Below are positions 8,483 to 16,224 of a stretch of 64,000 bases of DNA, piece after piece. A program made the position numbers and the translations under genes. Position 1 is the stretch's first letter, and each line of letters opens with the position of its first letter. The DNA is from Candidatus Saccharimonadia bacterium (GTDB lineage: Bacteria > Patescibacteriota > Saccharimonadia > UBA4664), in the NCBI GenBank assembly GCA_038245115.1, contig JBBRSS010000003.1:3298-67297 (forward strand), read 5' to 3'. The notes under the pieces are model-generated. The model did not search any database and had not been told where the DNA came from. It was given only the letters and a program-made list of their open reading frames with translations.

Positions 8483-10501
8483 ATGAATCACACCGACGCC
8501 AACGAGCGCATCCAGAAGCTTCGCACTCAGATCAACGAGTACCGTTATTACTACCATGTACTCGACGAATCCATCATGCCAGAAGCCGCCGCCGACAGCC
8601 TCAAACACGAGCTCACCCAGCTCGAAGAGCAATATCCCGACCTCATCACCCCCGACAGTCCCACCCAGCGCGTGGCCGGCGTACCCAGCTCAAAATTCGC
8701 CAAAATCACCCACACCCAGCGCATGATTAGCCTCAACGATGTCTTCGACACCGGCGAGGTCGAGGCCTGGGCCGCCCGTATCGCCAAGCTCCTTCCTGGT
8801 GAGAACATCGAATACTTTGCCGATACCAAAATGGACGGTCTGGCCTGCGCCATCACCTACCAAGACGGCGTACTCACTCAAGCCGTCACCCGTGGCGACG
8901 GTACGGTCGGGGAGGACGTCACCATCAACGTGCGCACCATCAACTCCGTCCCCCTCACGCTGCGCCGCTCCCAAGATCACCCCGAATTTCTCACCGGCCG
9001 CACCGAAATCCGCGGCGAAATCGTTATGCACAAATCCGATTTCGCCGCCCTCAACCAGGCCAACGAGGCTGCCGGCAAGCCATTATTCGCCAACCCCCGC
9101 AACCTCGCCGCCGGCACCATCCGCCAGCTCGATCCCGCCCTCGTCGCCGCCCGCCCCCTCACTTTCTACGCCTACGACCTCCTGCGCGACGATCCCGCCG
9201 ACGTGCCCACCTACGATTTCGCCTACGCCACCATCCGCGCCTTCGGCCTGCCCGCCAACCACCGCGCCACCACCTTCGCCACCATCCCCGAAGTCATGAA
9301 ATTCGTCGACTACTGGGACCAGCAGCGCCAAACCCTGCCCTTCAATACCGACGGCCTCGTCATCAAGGTCAACAACCGCGATCAATACGCCCGCCTCGGC
9401 ATCGTCGGCAAAGCCCCCCGCGGCGCCGTCGCCTTCAAATACCCCGCCGAAGAAGCCACCACCATCGTCAAAGACATCGTCATCAGCATCGGCCGCACCG
9501 GCGCCGCCACCCCCATCGCCACCTTCGATCCGGTAGTAGTCGCCGGCACCACCGTCCAACACGCCAGCCTCCACAACGCCGACGAAATCGCCCGCCTCAA
9601 CGTGCGCGTCGGTGACACCGTCATCATCTACAAGGCCGGCGACATCATCCCCAAGGTCCAAGAATCCCTGCCCAAACTCCGCCCCACCAACTCCATTCTC
9701 TTCAACATGGAGTCAGAACTCGCCCGCCAGTACCCCGAATTAGAATTTGAACGGCCCGAAGGGGAAGTAATCTACCGCGTCAAAGGTGCTACCGGTCCAT
9801 TATTCCTCAAAAAAGCCCTTGAGCATTACGCCTCCAAATCCGCCCTCGACATCGATACCCTCGGCGAGAAAAACGTCATCGCCCTCGTAGATTCCGGCTT
9901 CATCACCGACCCCGCCGACATCTATATCCTCTCCGTCGCCAACCTCCTCGGCCTCGACCGCTTCGCCGCAACATCCGCCCGCAAACTCATCGACGCCATC
10001 CACGCCAGCAAAACCCCCACCCTCCCGCGCTTCATCTACGCCCTCGGCATCCGTCACGTCGGCGAACAAACCGCCCTCGATCTGGCCGAGGCCTTCGGCA
10101 CCCTCGAAAATCTATCCCAAGCCACCCTCGACCAGCTCGAAGCCGTCGAAGGCATCGGCACCGTTGTCGCCGAATCCATCCTGGCCTGGTTATCAGACGA
10201 CGACAACCAAGACCTCCTCACCAAATTCACCCAACTCGGCGTCCAACCCCAACCCTTCACCAAAGCCACCGGCCCCCTCACCGGCGTCAATTTCGTTATC
10301 ACCGGCACATTAGAAATGGGTAGCCGCGACCAAGTCGCCGCCAAACTAGTCGCCCTCGGCGCCAAAGAGCAAAACTCCGTCACCAAAGACACCACCTACC
10401 TCATCGTCGGCGAAAATCCGGGCGGTTCTAAGTTTACTAAGGCGCAAAAACTCGGCACCAAAACTCTGGACGAGCAAGCTCTTACTGAGCTTCTAGGCTA
10501 G
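8483..10501 (+). CDS. ligA: NAD-dependent DNA ligase LigA
   Basis: KMDGLA adenylation motif, OB/Zn/HhH/BRCT order, 672 aa; TATAAT ends 7 nt before the ATG (leaderless). Confidence 0.95.
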   Translation: MNHTDANERIQKLRTQINEYRYYYHVLDESIMPEAAADSLKHELTQLEEQYPDLITPDSPTQRVAGVPSSKFAKITHTQRMISLNDVFDTGEVEAWAARIAKLLPGENIEYFADTKMDGLACAITYQDGVLTQAVTRGDGTVGEDVTINVRTINSVPLTLRRSQDHPEFLTGRTEIRGEIVMHKSDFAALNQANEAAGKPLFANPRNLAAGTIRQLDPALVAARPLTFYAYDLLRDDPADVPTYDFAYATIRAFGLPANHRATTFATIPEVMKFVDYWDQQRQTLPFNTDGLVIKVNNRDQYARLGIVGKAPRGAVAFKYPAEEATTIVKDIVISIGRTGAATPIATFDPVVVAGTTVQHASLHNADEIARLNVRVGDTVIIYKAGDIIPKVQESLPKLRPTNSILFNMESELARQYPELEFERPEGEVIYRVKGATGPLFLKKALEHYASKSALDIDTLGEKNVIALVDSGFITDPADIYILSVANLLGLDRFAATSARKLIDAIHASKTPTLPRFIYALGIRHVGEQTALDLAEAFGTLENLSQATLDQLEAVEGIGTVVAESILAWLSDDDNQDLLTKFTQLGVQPQPFTKATGPLTGVNFVITGTLEMGSRDQVAAKLVALGAKEQNSVTKDTTYLIVGENPGGSKFTKAQKLGTKTLDEQALTELLG

Positions 10502-10532
10502 GCCACAAGAAGCAATGTGCTACAATACACTC

Positions 10533-10660
10533 ACAATGCCTTCGGGCTCCGAGGACTCCACCCCAGGGGTCCGAAGTTGGTAACGGTCAGTCAGATGACA
10601 TTATCAGCGCCACAATGCCTTCGGGCTCCGAGGACTCCCCATAAGGGAGTCCGATTTTAT
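10533..10660 (+). repeat. Tandem 2x repeat of a UUCG-tetraloop hairpin element in the ligA 3' region; second copy forms an intrinsic terminator
   Basis: Perfect 27-nt direct repeat ACAATGCCTTCGGGCTCCGAGGACTCC at 10533 and 10612; each holds GCC-UUCG-GGC plus a GGACTCC.../GGRGTCC stem; the second is followed by TTTTATTT. Confidence 0.5.
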
Positions 10661-11058
10661 TTCCCGGAAGCTATTTCTTTGATCAGCCGCATTTGTATAT
10701 CTCTGAATGTAACCGGTTCCATGGTGTATAGCTTGCGCACCAGCCTTCGTCCATCGAATGCGCGTAACTGCGAAATAATTGCTGCATACATCTGCCCGTC
10801 ATGGCGGTACGAAAAATAGTATGGGTTGGCCGCTTTTACCTTGGTCGAAAGCGGGACTCCCCAAAACAGATTTGTGTCAAAGCCTCGCACAATCAGCACT
10901 GGACGTTCAAATCGGTCATTGTGGCCATCCTGCTCACGTCCAACATTCACGCCGATCGAACAATGCCAGACTTCGCGTTCGGCAAAAAATGCCCCGGCAT
11001 CAGCCTCATCCAGCCGCTTCTTTAGCGCATTCCATCCATCGAAATCTTTGCTCCACAT
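10657..11058 (-). CDS. MazF/PemK (Kid)-fold toxin-like protein, no cognate antitoxin ORF evident
   Basis: Core VWHCSIGVNVGREQDGHNDRFERPVLIVRGFDTNLFWGVPLSTKVK matches the PemK/MazF pattern (G.EQ.G.RP.L.V....VPLTS) after a 27-aa N-extension. Confidence 0.5.
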   Translation of the reverse strand: MWSKDFDGWNALKKRLDEADAGAFFAEREVWHCSIGVNVGREQDGHNDRFERPVLIVRGFDTNLFWGVPLSTKVKAANPYYFSYRHDGQMYAAIISQLRAFDGRRLVRKLYTMEPVTFRDIQMRLIKEIASGK

Positions 11059-11078
11059 AGTGATATTTTATCACAAAA
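11059..11078. promoter_or_regulatory. Perfect palindrome GTGATATTTTATCAC abutting the MazF-like start codon
   Basis: GTGATA-TTT-TATCAC at 11060-11074, immediately 5' of the ATG on the minus strand. Confidence 0.35.
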
Positions 11079-11235
11079 CCGAACAAAACAAGAACAAGTA
11101 TACGTCACCTCCATTATCACCGACACCCTCGCCACGGGCACCCTTGCGGGCCGCCGCCGCACCTAACCTTCCCGATTTCGCGCGGGCCGGGCATGTATAG
11201 CTGACTTTACATCCAGTCTGCGCTACAATGCCATC

Positions 11236-11451
11236 ATGACCCACAGCGAAACCGTTCAAAATATAGTGGCTATTCGCCGGCGCGAGTTGGGGCTAACTCA
11301 GGAGGAGCTGGCCGAACGGGTGCGGGTGACGCGGCAAACCATTATCTCCATCGAGAAGGGGAATTATGTTCCGTCGGTAATGCTGGCAATTAAATTGGCC
11401 CGCGTCTTTGGTGCGGCCGTTGAGGAGGTTTTTACGTATGAAGGCAAATAG
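11236..11451 (+). CDS. XRE-family HTH transcriptional regulator (71 aa)
   Basis: LGLTQEELAERVRVTRQTIISIEKG HTH_3 signature; CTGACT-17-TACAAT promoter with -10 ending 6 nt before the ATG. Confidence 0.7.
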   Translation: MTHSETVQNIVAIRRRELGLTQEELAERVRVTRQTIISIEKGNYVPSVMLAIKLARVFGAAVEEVFTYEGK

Positions 11452-11806
11452 GGCCAGGCTGTCTGAGTGGGCGATTGGGGCGGTGAGCGCCGTAGCCTTG
11501 CTGTTGCTCGTGGATCCTTGGGGGATGCTCATGCCCCCGGCCGTCGTAATGGCGCTCGGTGTGGCGGTGGCCGTGCTGGTGATTGGTTTTGCCATGTTCT
11601 GGTGGCGCGAGCAACCGCGCGACGAACGCGAAAGCCTGTATGCACTGCGCGCCGGCCGTGTATCGTATTTGGCCGGCGGGGCGGTATTGCTGGCCGGAGT
11701 GGTCTACCAGGCGTTTATGCACCACATCGATCCGTGGCTCCCGCTGGCGCTCGGTGCGATGATACTTACCAAATTGGTAGTCAGCGCCTGGTGGCAGCAA
11801 AAGTAA
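11438..11806 (+). CDS. Small membrane protein co-transcribed with the XRE regulator
   Basis: ATG overlaps the end of the XRE gene; 3-4 TM helices; the ORF track extends to 11408 but the RBS-less overlap start at 11438 is preferred. Confidence 0.45.
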   Translation: MKANRARLSEWAIGAVSAVALLLLVDPWGMLMPPAVVMALGVAVAVLVIGFAMFWWREQPRDERESLYALRAGRVSYLAGGAVLLAGVVYQAFMHHIDPWLPLALGAMILTKLVVSAWWQQK

Positions 11807-11861
11807 AGTTGACTTTACATTTTCCACGTCGTACATTGGGAACAATAACGAGGGAATCAAT

Positions 11862-12119
11862 ATGCAATCATCAAAAACAATCACAGCGGTCGCGGCAGTC
11901 GTAATTGTGCTCGTGCTTGGCGGAGTGGGGCTAGCCTACAAGTCGCATGCTGACCAAGTCAACGCCGACAACGTCAAAATGCAGGCCGACACCAAAATGA
12001 AGGCCGACGAGGCCGCCATGAAAGCCAAGGCCACACCTACTCCCACCGCCACCCCCGACGCCATGATGCACGAGACCTCGCCCACCCCCACCCCTGATGC
12101 CATGAAGGCCGGAAACTAA
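11862..12119 (+). CDS. Small N-terminally anchored protein, Lys/Ala/Thr-rich
   Basis: GAGGGA RBS 8 nt upstream; TM helix then low-complexity tail; promoter TTGACTTTACAT-N11-TACATT upstream. Confidence 0.4.
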   Translation: MQSSKTITAVAAVVIVLVLGGVGLAYKSHADQVNADNVKMQADTKMKADEAAMKAKATPTPTATPDAMMHETSPTPTPDAMKAGN

Positions 12120-12122
12120 CCG

Positions 12123-13826
12123 GTGGGATTGCTGCTGGCGGCCTTTGTCGCCGGCCTGCTCACGGCCCTCGCGCCCTGCGTGTTGCCGCTGCTACCGGTG
12201 ATTGTCGGCGGCTCGGTGGCCGGCAATGACCGCCGGCGCCCCTACCTCATTGTGGGCGCGCTGACGCTATCCGTCCTGGTGTTCACCCTCGCCCTCAAGG
12301 CCACCACGGCCTTGCTGGGCGTGCCGGCCGCCGTTTGGACTAGTCTGTCCGGCGGCATCCTGATCGCGCTGGGCCTGCTTACCATCTGGCCGCATACTTA
12401 CGAGCGCTTCATGGCCCGCACCGGCTGGTCGAGCTCCAGCGCCCGGCTGCTCGACGCCACCGGCCAGCGTCGCGGCTGGCTCGGCCCGGTGCTCACCGGC
12501 GCCGCACTCGGCCCAGTATTCGCCAGCTGCAGCCCCACCTTCGCGCTCATTTTGGTTACCATCTTGCCGGTTAGTTTCGGTACCGGGCTGGTCTATTTGC
12601 TGGTCTACTGCGCCGGTCTGGGGCTGTTTTTGCTCGCCCTGGCCCTCATCGGCCGCCGCCTCATCCGTCGCTTGGGCTGGGCCGTCAATCCCACCGGCTG
12701 GTTCAAACGCGGGCTGGGCGTATTATTCGTAATCATCGGGCTGGCTGTCATTACCGGCACCGATAAAACGGTTGAAAATTGGCTGCTCAGCCACCAAATT
12801 CTAGATACTACTAAGGTCGAACAGCAGCTCCTGCCCGGTCGCACCAAGGCTCCCGCAACCACCTCGGGCGGCGTCAAATTCGCCATCGCCGACCCACAGC
12901 CTGCCCCCGAGCTCACCGGCCTCACCAACTGGATCAACTCCAACCCGCTCACCCTGGCCTCCCTCAAGGGCAAAGTGGTGGTCATAGATTTCTGGACGTA
13001 TTCCTGCATCAATTGTATCCACACGCTGCCCTACGTTCAGGGCTGGTACGACAAATACCAGAAAGACGGATTGGTGGTGCTCGGCATACATGCCCCGGAG
13101 TTTGCCTTTGAGCACATTCCGGCCAATGTCGCCAAAGCCGTCAAAGACGATCATCTTACCTACCCGGTAGCGCTCGACAACGACATGGCGACTTGGCAGG
13201 CCTACAGCAACCAGTACTGGCCGGCCGAATACTTCATCGACCGCCAAGGTCGGCTGCGCCACTACAAATTCGGTGAGGGCGACTACGATCAAGATGAAAA
13301 AGTCATCCGCGCCCTCCTGTCCGAAGATGGGTCGCCGGTGGCAGGCGCTGTGAGCACTCCGGCTCCCCAAAGCCATAGCGGGGCCCAGTCGCCCGAAACC
13401 TATCTCGGCTACGAGCGCGCCTCGGGCAATGCCAACTCCGGCGGCCTCACACATAACGCCGCCCATGCCTATGCATTGCCCGGCTCACTCCAGCTCGACC
13501 AATGGGGCCTTGGCGGCTCCTGGACTGTGGGCGGCATGGACACCGCCGCCAGCGCTGGCGCCACCTTGCGCTACCGCTTTTCCGCCAAGCAGGTCTACCT
13601 GGTGATGGGCTCGGCGACCCCCGCCAAAGTCAAAGTGCTCGTCAATGGCCGCCCAGCCGCCGAGTCCGGCCTGGCCGGCGCCGACGTCTCGCCAGACAGC
13701 ACCGCCACCATTTCGGGCTCGCGGCTCTACCGGCTCGTCAAATCCAGCGCCATGCTCAACGGCGCCACTCTCGAGCTCCAGTTCGACTCAGGCATCACCG
13801 TCAACGCCTTCACTTTCGACTCGTAG
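12123..13826 (+). CDS. DipZ-like cytochrome c biogenesis protein (CcdA/DsbD TM domain fused to thioredoxin-like domain plus C-terminal domain)
   Basis: CcdA-like TM domain with two Cys (APCVLP, ASCSPTF), thioredoxin CxxC (WTYSCINC), 567 aa; GTG start. Confidence 0.75.
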   Translation: MGLLLAAFVAGLLTALAPCVLPLLPVIVGGSVAGNDRRRPYLIVGALTLSVLVFTLALKATTALLGVPAAVWTSLSGGILIALGLLTIWPHTYERFMARTGWSSSSARLLDATGQRRGWLGPVLTGAALGPVFASCSPTFALILVTILPVSFGTGLVYLLVYCAGLGLFLLALALIGRRLIRRLGWAVNPTGWFKRGLGVLFVIIGLAVITGTDKTVENWLLSHQILDTTKVEQQLLPGRTKAPATTSGGVKFAIADPQPAPELTGLTNWINSNPLTLASLKGKVVVIDFWTYSCINCIHTLPYVQGWYDKYQKDGLVVLGIHAPEFAFEHIPANVAKAVKDDHLTYPVALDNDMATWQAYSNQYWPAEYFIDRQGRLRHYKFGEGDYDQDEKVIRALLSEDGSPVAGAVSTPAPQSHSGAQSPETYLGYERASGNANSGGLTHNAAHAYALPGSLQLDQWGLGGSWTVGGMDTAASAGATLRYRFSAKQVYLVMGSATPAKVKVLVNGRPAAESGLAGADVSPDSTATISGSRLYRLVKSSAMLNGATLELQFDSGITVNAFTFDS

Positions 13827-13869
13827 GCCGTAAAATTCCCGTATCACCAAATTACCCCACCCAAAAAAC

Positions 13870-14088
13870 CTACCCCCGCCGCTCCACGTCAATCCGGTCA
13901 ACCAACTCGGTGAGCTTAGTCTTGGTGTCGGCCAGAATCGCCTTCACCTCGGCCCGCTGCTCATCGCTGCCGCCCAGCATTATCCGCTGAAACAACCGCG
14001 ATATATCGCCCAGCTCCACACTAAACTCCCGCGACCGGGCATGCAGCTGCTTGCGCTTCTCGGACCACAAATTCTTCTCAGTCGCCAT
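13870..14088 (-). CDS. Hypothetical 72-aa protein
   Basis: AGGAGG Shine-Dalgarno 7 nt upstream on the minus strand; charged helical composition. Confidence 0.4.
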   Translation of the reverse strand: MATEKNLWSEKRKQLHARSREFSVELGDISRLFQRIMLGGSDEQRAEVKAILADTKTKLTELVDRIDVERRG

Positions 14089-14103
14089 ATGCGCCTCCTG
14101 CCT

Positions 14104-14145
14104 CTAGTATAATCTCCTCATGACCGCCGACCCCCCCAGATGCGG
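14104..14145 (+). repeat. Copy A of a duplicated ~40-nt promoter/start segment
   Basis: CTAGTATAATCTCCTCATGACCGCCGACCCCCC... vs copy B CTAGATATAGTATCCTCATGACCCCCGACCCCCGC... Confidence 0.4.
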
Positions 14146-14201
14146 TTTTCGAAACCGAATTACGTGTTCGCTTTTTGTTCATAATACGATAAAATACAGA
14201 T

Positions 14202-14303
14202 ATGATTGTCTTCGTAGACGAATCCGGAATTCACCTCAAAACCGGCCACAGCGTGTTTGTGGTTGTCCAAATCGATCGCGCTTCAGGCGCTCGTTGGCTT
14301 TAA
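14202..14303 (+). pseudogene. Remnant N-terminus of a DUF3800-like protein (33 codons)
   Basis: MIVFVDESGIH...FVVVQIDRA resembles the DUF3800 start (M.IY.DESG); terminates after 33 aa in an AT-rich noncoding stretch. Confidence 0.3.
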
Positions 14304-14448
14304 AACGGCATAAAAAATACCACCCCTTGCGGAGTGGTCAGCTGGTCCGGGTAGCCCGTAGGGCTTTTCCATTCGGAATTTGTCCCCGGTAGCTCGTTAC
14401 AGGATGATACTATCATAAAACGCCAGTACCAGTAAATAACACTATCAA

Positions 14449-14491
14449 CTAGATATAGTATCCTCATGACCCCCGACCCCCGCATATACGG
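14449..14491 (+). repeat. Copy B of the duplicated promoter/start segment
   Basis: See copy A; copy B precedes a 68-aa ORF (14466-14672) of uncertain reality. Confidence 0.4.
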
Positions 14492-14845
14492 CCACATCGC
14501 GCCCTACCCCCACGGTCTCATCAACCAGGGCTCTGGCAACGCCACCGCCCGCTCCATCCAGCTCCGCCAAGGCGGCACCCTCAACGAGCCCGCCCTCTTC
14601 GAACTCTTCCGCGCCGTCATCGCGTATAATTGGGCGGCTGGCGGAAGCTCCGAATGTTCAAATAAAGCATAACCTAGCTTCTAAACCGAAAGACCTTTGA
14701 ATTATTTACATAACTATACCCTTTAGCCTTGATAAGCCCATGTGATACAACTCTAAAAAAATTAGCATAAGCGTGATAGAAATTATGAGTTTGACTAATT
14801 CGCGCCGATCACCCAAACTACAGCCATAATTCCAGGGAATCAGTT

Positions 14846-15382
14846 ATGTCATCTTATCGTCGCGCCTATACATATGCCGCCCTTCAACCTTACTTAAGCA
14901 AGCCCATCCCACTCATCCAGCTCAAATACCTCACCCGGCCCTCGCTAGCTGAGCAAAAAGCGATGGTCTTGCCGTCACCCTGCGCATTCTGTGGCCGCAC
15001 CTGGGGCGGAGTTGGATCCGGGGCGAAAGACGGTAGCTCCATCATCTGCGAGCGGTGCGCCATCAGAAACTTTCAGCTCAACGAGGGCTTCAAAACACTA
15101 ACTGCCGCCAGAGCCTACCGGCGCCGTCTCTTCGATGTGGGCTACCTGTGGTTAGAAATGCTTCTTGATGAGTACATAGCCCTCCACGAACTCAATAGCT
15201 ACGAGGACGTCTCGCCGGAAGCCTATGGCCGCATCAGTGACCTTGCCACCTTTGTAATGAATAGTTCCACAACCACCGCCCAAAAAGTTCGACTGCATAA
15301 CACCCCAGATCAAGCCATGATCGAGCAAAACCTCCGCAAGTTCATCACCCCCGCAGTGGAGCGCTTGCTTCGCCAAGGATAA
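14846..15382 (+). CDS. Hypothetical protein with Cys4 zinc-ribbon (CAFC...CERC)
   Basis: AGGGAA RBS; CxxC-x17-CxxC pair near the N-terminus; 178 aa. Confidence 0.45.
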   Translation: MSSYRRAYTYAALQPYLSKPIPLIQLKYLTRPSLAEQKAMVLPSPCAFCGRTWGGVGSGAKDGSSIICERCAIRNFQLNEGFKTLTAARAYRRRLFDVGYLWLEMLLDEYIALHELNSYEDVSPEAYGRISDLATFVMNSSTTTAQKVRLHNTPDQAMIEQNLRKFITPAVERLLRQG

Positions 15383-15569
15383 AACGTACGGCTGGCCTGA
15401 CATCCCCGGCCGATACAAGGTCAACCATGACGGAAAAATTGTTACCTTGACGCAACCCGCGAAGCTGTCCACGCCAAGCCTATCGCTGCAGAGCCCGCGT
15501 TACTACCTGCTCGAAGACATAAAACAGTCAAAGGATCTCGATGAACTTACGCAGCGGGCATTTGGGTGA
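15383..15569 (+). pseudogene. NUMOD4-like (HNH homing-endonuclease N-terminal motif) fragment without a start codon, +1 frame relative to the preceding ORF
   Basis: +1-frame translation YGWPDIPGRYKVNHDGKIVTL matches the NUMOD4 pattern W.DI.G..Y.VS..G.V.S; no ATG; ends at TGA 15567-15569. Confidence 0.25.
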
Positions 15570-15657
15570 TAGCTCCAAATCTTGCTACAACGAATTATCG
15601 CAGTAGAGCGTAGTGTGCAGTTGACAGAGAAACAAGAGCTGATACACTGTATAGGTC

Positions 15658-16224
15658 ATGAAAACCTTGAGCAACATATCGACGATCCAGTCTGGCTTCA
15701 CATTTCGCGAGGCAGTCTTCCATGACCCGGAAGGTGACGTGAACATCATTCAGGCAAAAGATATCCATGATGGGTCGATACATTTCGCCGAACTGCCAAA
15801 AGTCCAGGGTGTATCATTGCGCGCCACACGGCTTACTGGCAACATTGTGCTACTCTCAGCGCGCGGCAGCTTCCGGGCGGCGGCATGTAGCTTCGCTGAG
15901 CCAGCCGTGGCAGCATCATCCCTCTATGTTATTTGGCCTGACGATGCTCAGGCAGACCCTGAGTTTCTGTCACTCTATCTGAACAGCCCAGTGGCCCAGG
16001 CATACTTCGCTCAGAATTCAACAGGATCATCTATTAAGACACTTCTCATTGGTACGCTCCGTAACCTGCCCGTTCCCGATGTGCCACTCGATCGCCAAGC
16101 TAAGATCGTCAGATTGCGGAAGAATCAACAGCAACAGCATACTATCCTCGAGCGCCGCATCGCCATAAACCAAGCCATTCTCACAGAATTAATCACCACC
16201 GCATCACAAGGAGCCGCCGCATGA
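15658..16224 (+). CDS. hsdS: Type I R-M specificity subunit, half-size HsdS (single target-recognition domain)
   Basis: A TRD-like region plus a conserved HsdS C-terminal helix; stop overlaps the hsdM start (ATGA). Confidence 0.7.
   Translation: MKTLSNISTIQSGFTFREAVFHDPEGDVNIIQAKDIHDGSIHFAELPKVQGVSLRATRLTGNIVLLSARGSFRAAACSFAEPAVAASSLYVIWPDDAQADPEFLSLYLNSPVAQAYFAQNSTGSSIKTLLIGTLRNLPVPDVPLDRQAKIVRLRKNQQQQHTILERRIAINQAILTELITTASQGAAA

Noticed and set aside
9083-9661. 192-aa minus-strand ORF (Gly/Asp/Ala-rich) inside ligA
   Set aside because: Antisense to a confidently identified gene; low-complexity translation typical of GC-rich frame artefacts
10533-10656. Tandem repeats as a type III (ToxI-like) RNA antitoxin for the adjacent MazF-fold toxin
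   Set aside because: Only two copies; located downstream rather than upstream of the toxin; the stable UUCG hairpins form on the ligA-sense strand, consistent with a ligA terminator
11071-11259. 62-aa minus-strand ORF between the MazF-like gene and the XRE gene, considered as a candidate antitoxin
   Set aside because: Starts inside the XRE gene, Gly/Ala-rich junk translation, wrong frame and distance relative to the toxin start
14120-14392. 90-aa ORF starting at duplicated segment copy A
   Set aside because: Translation is Arg/Cys-rich nonsense, overlaps the DUF3800 remnant in another frame; likely only the duplicated start region is meaningful
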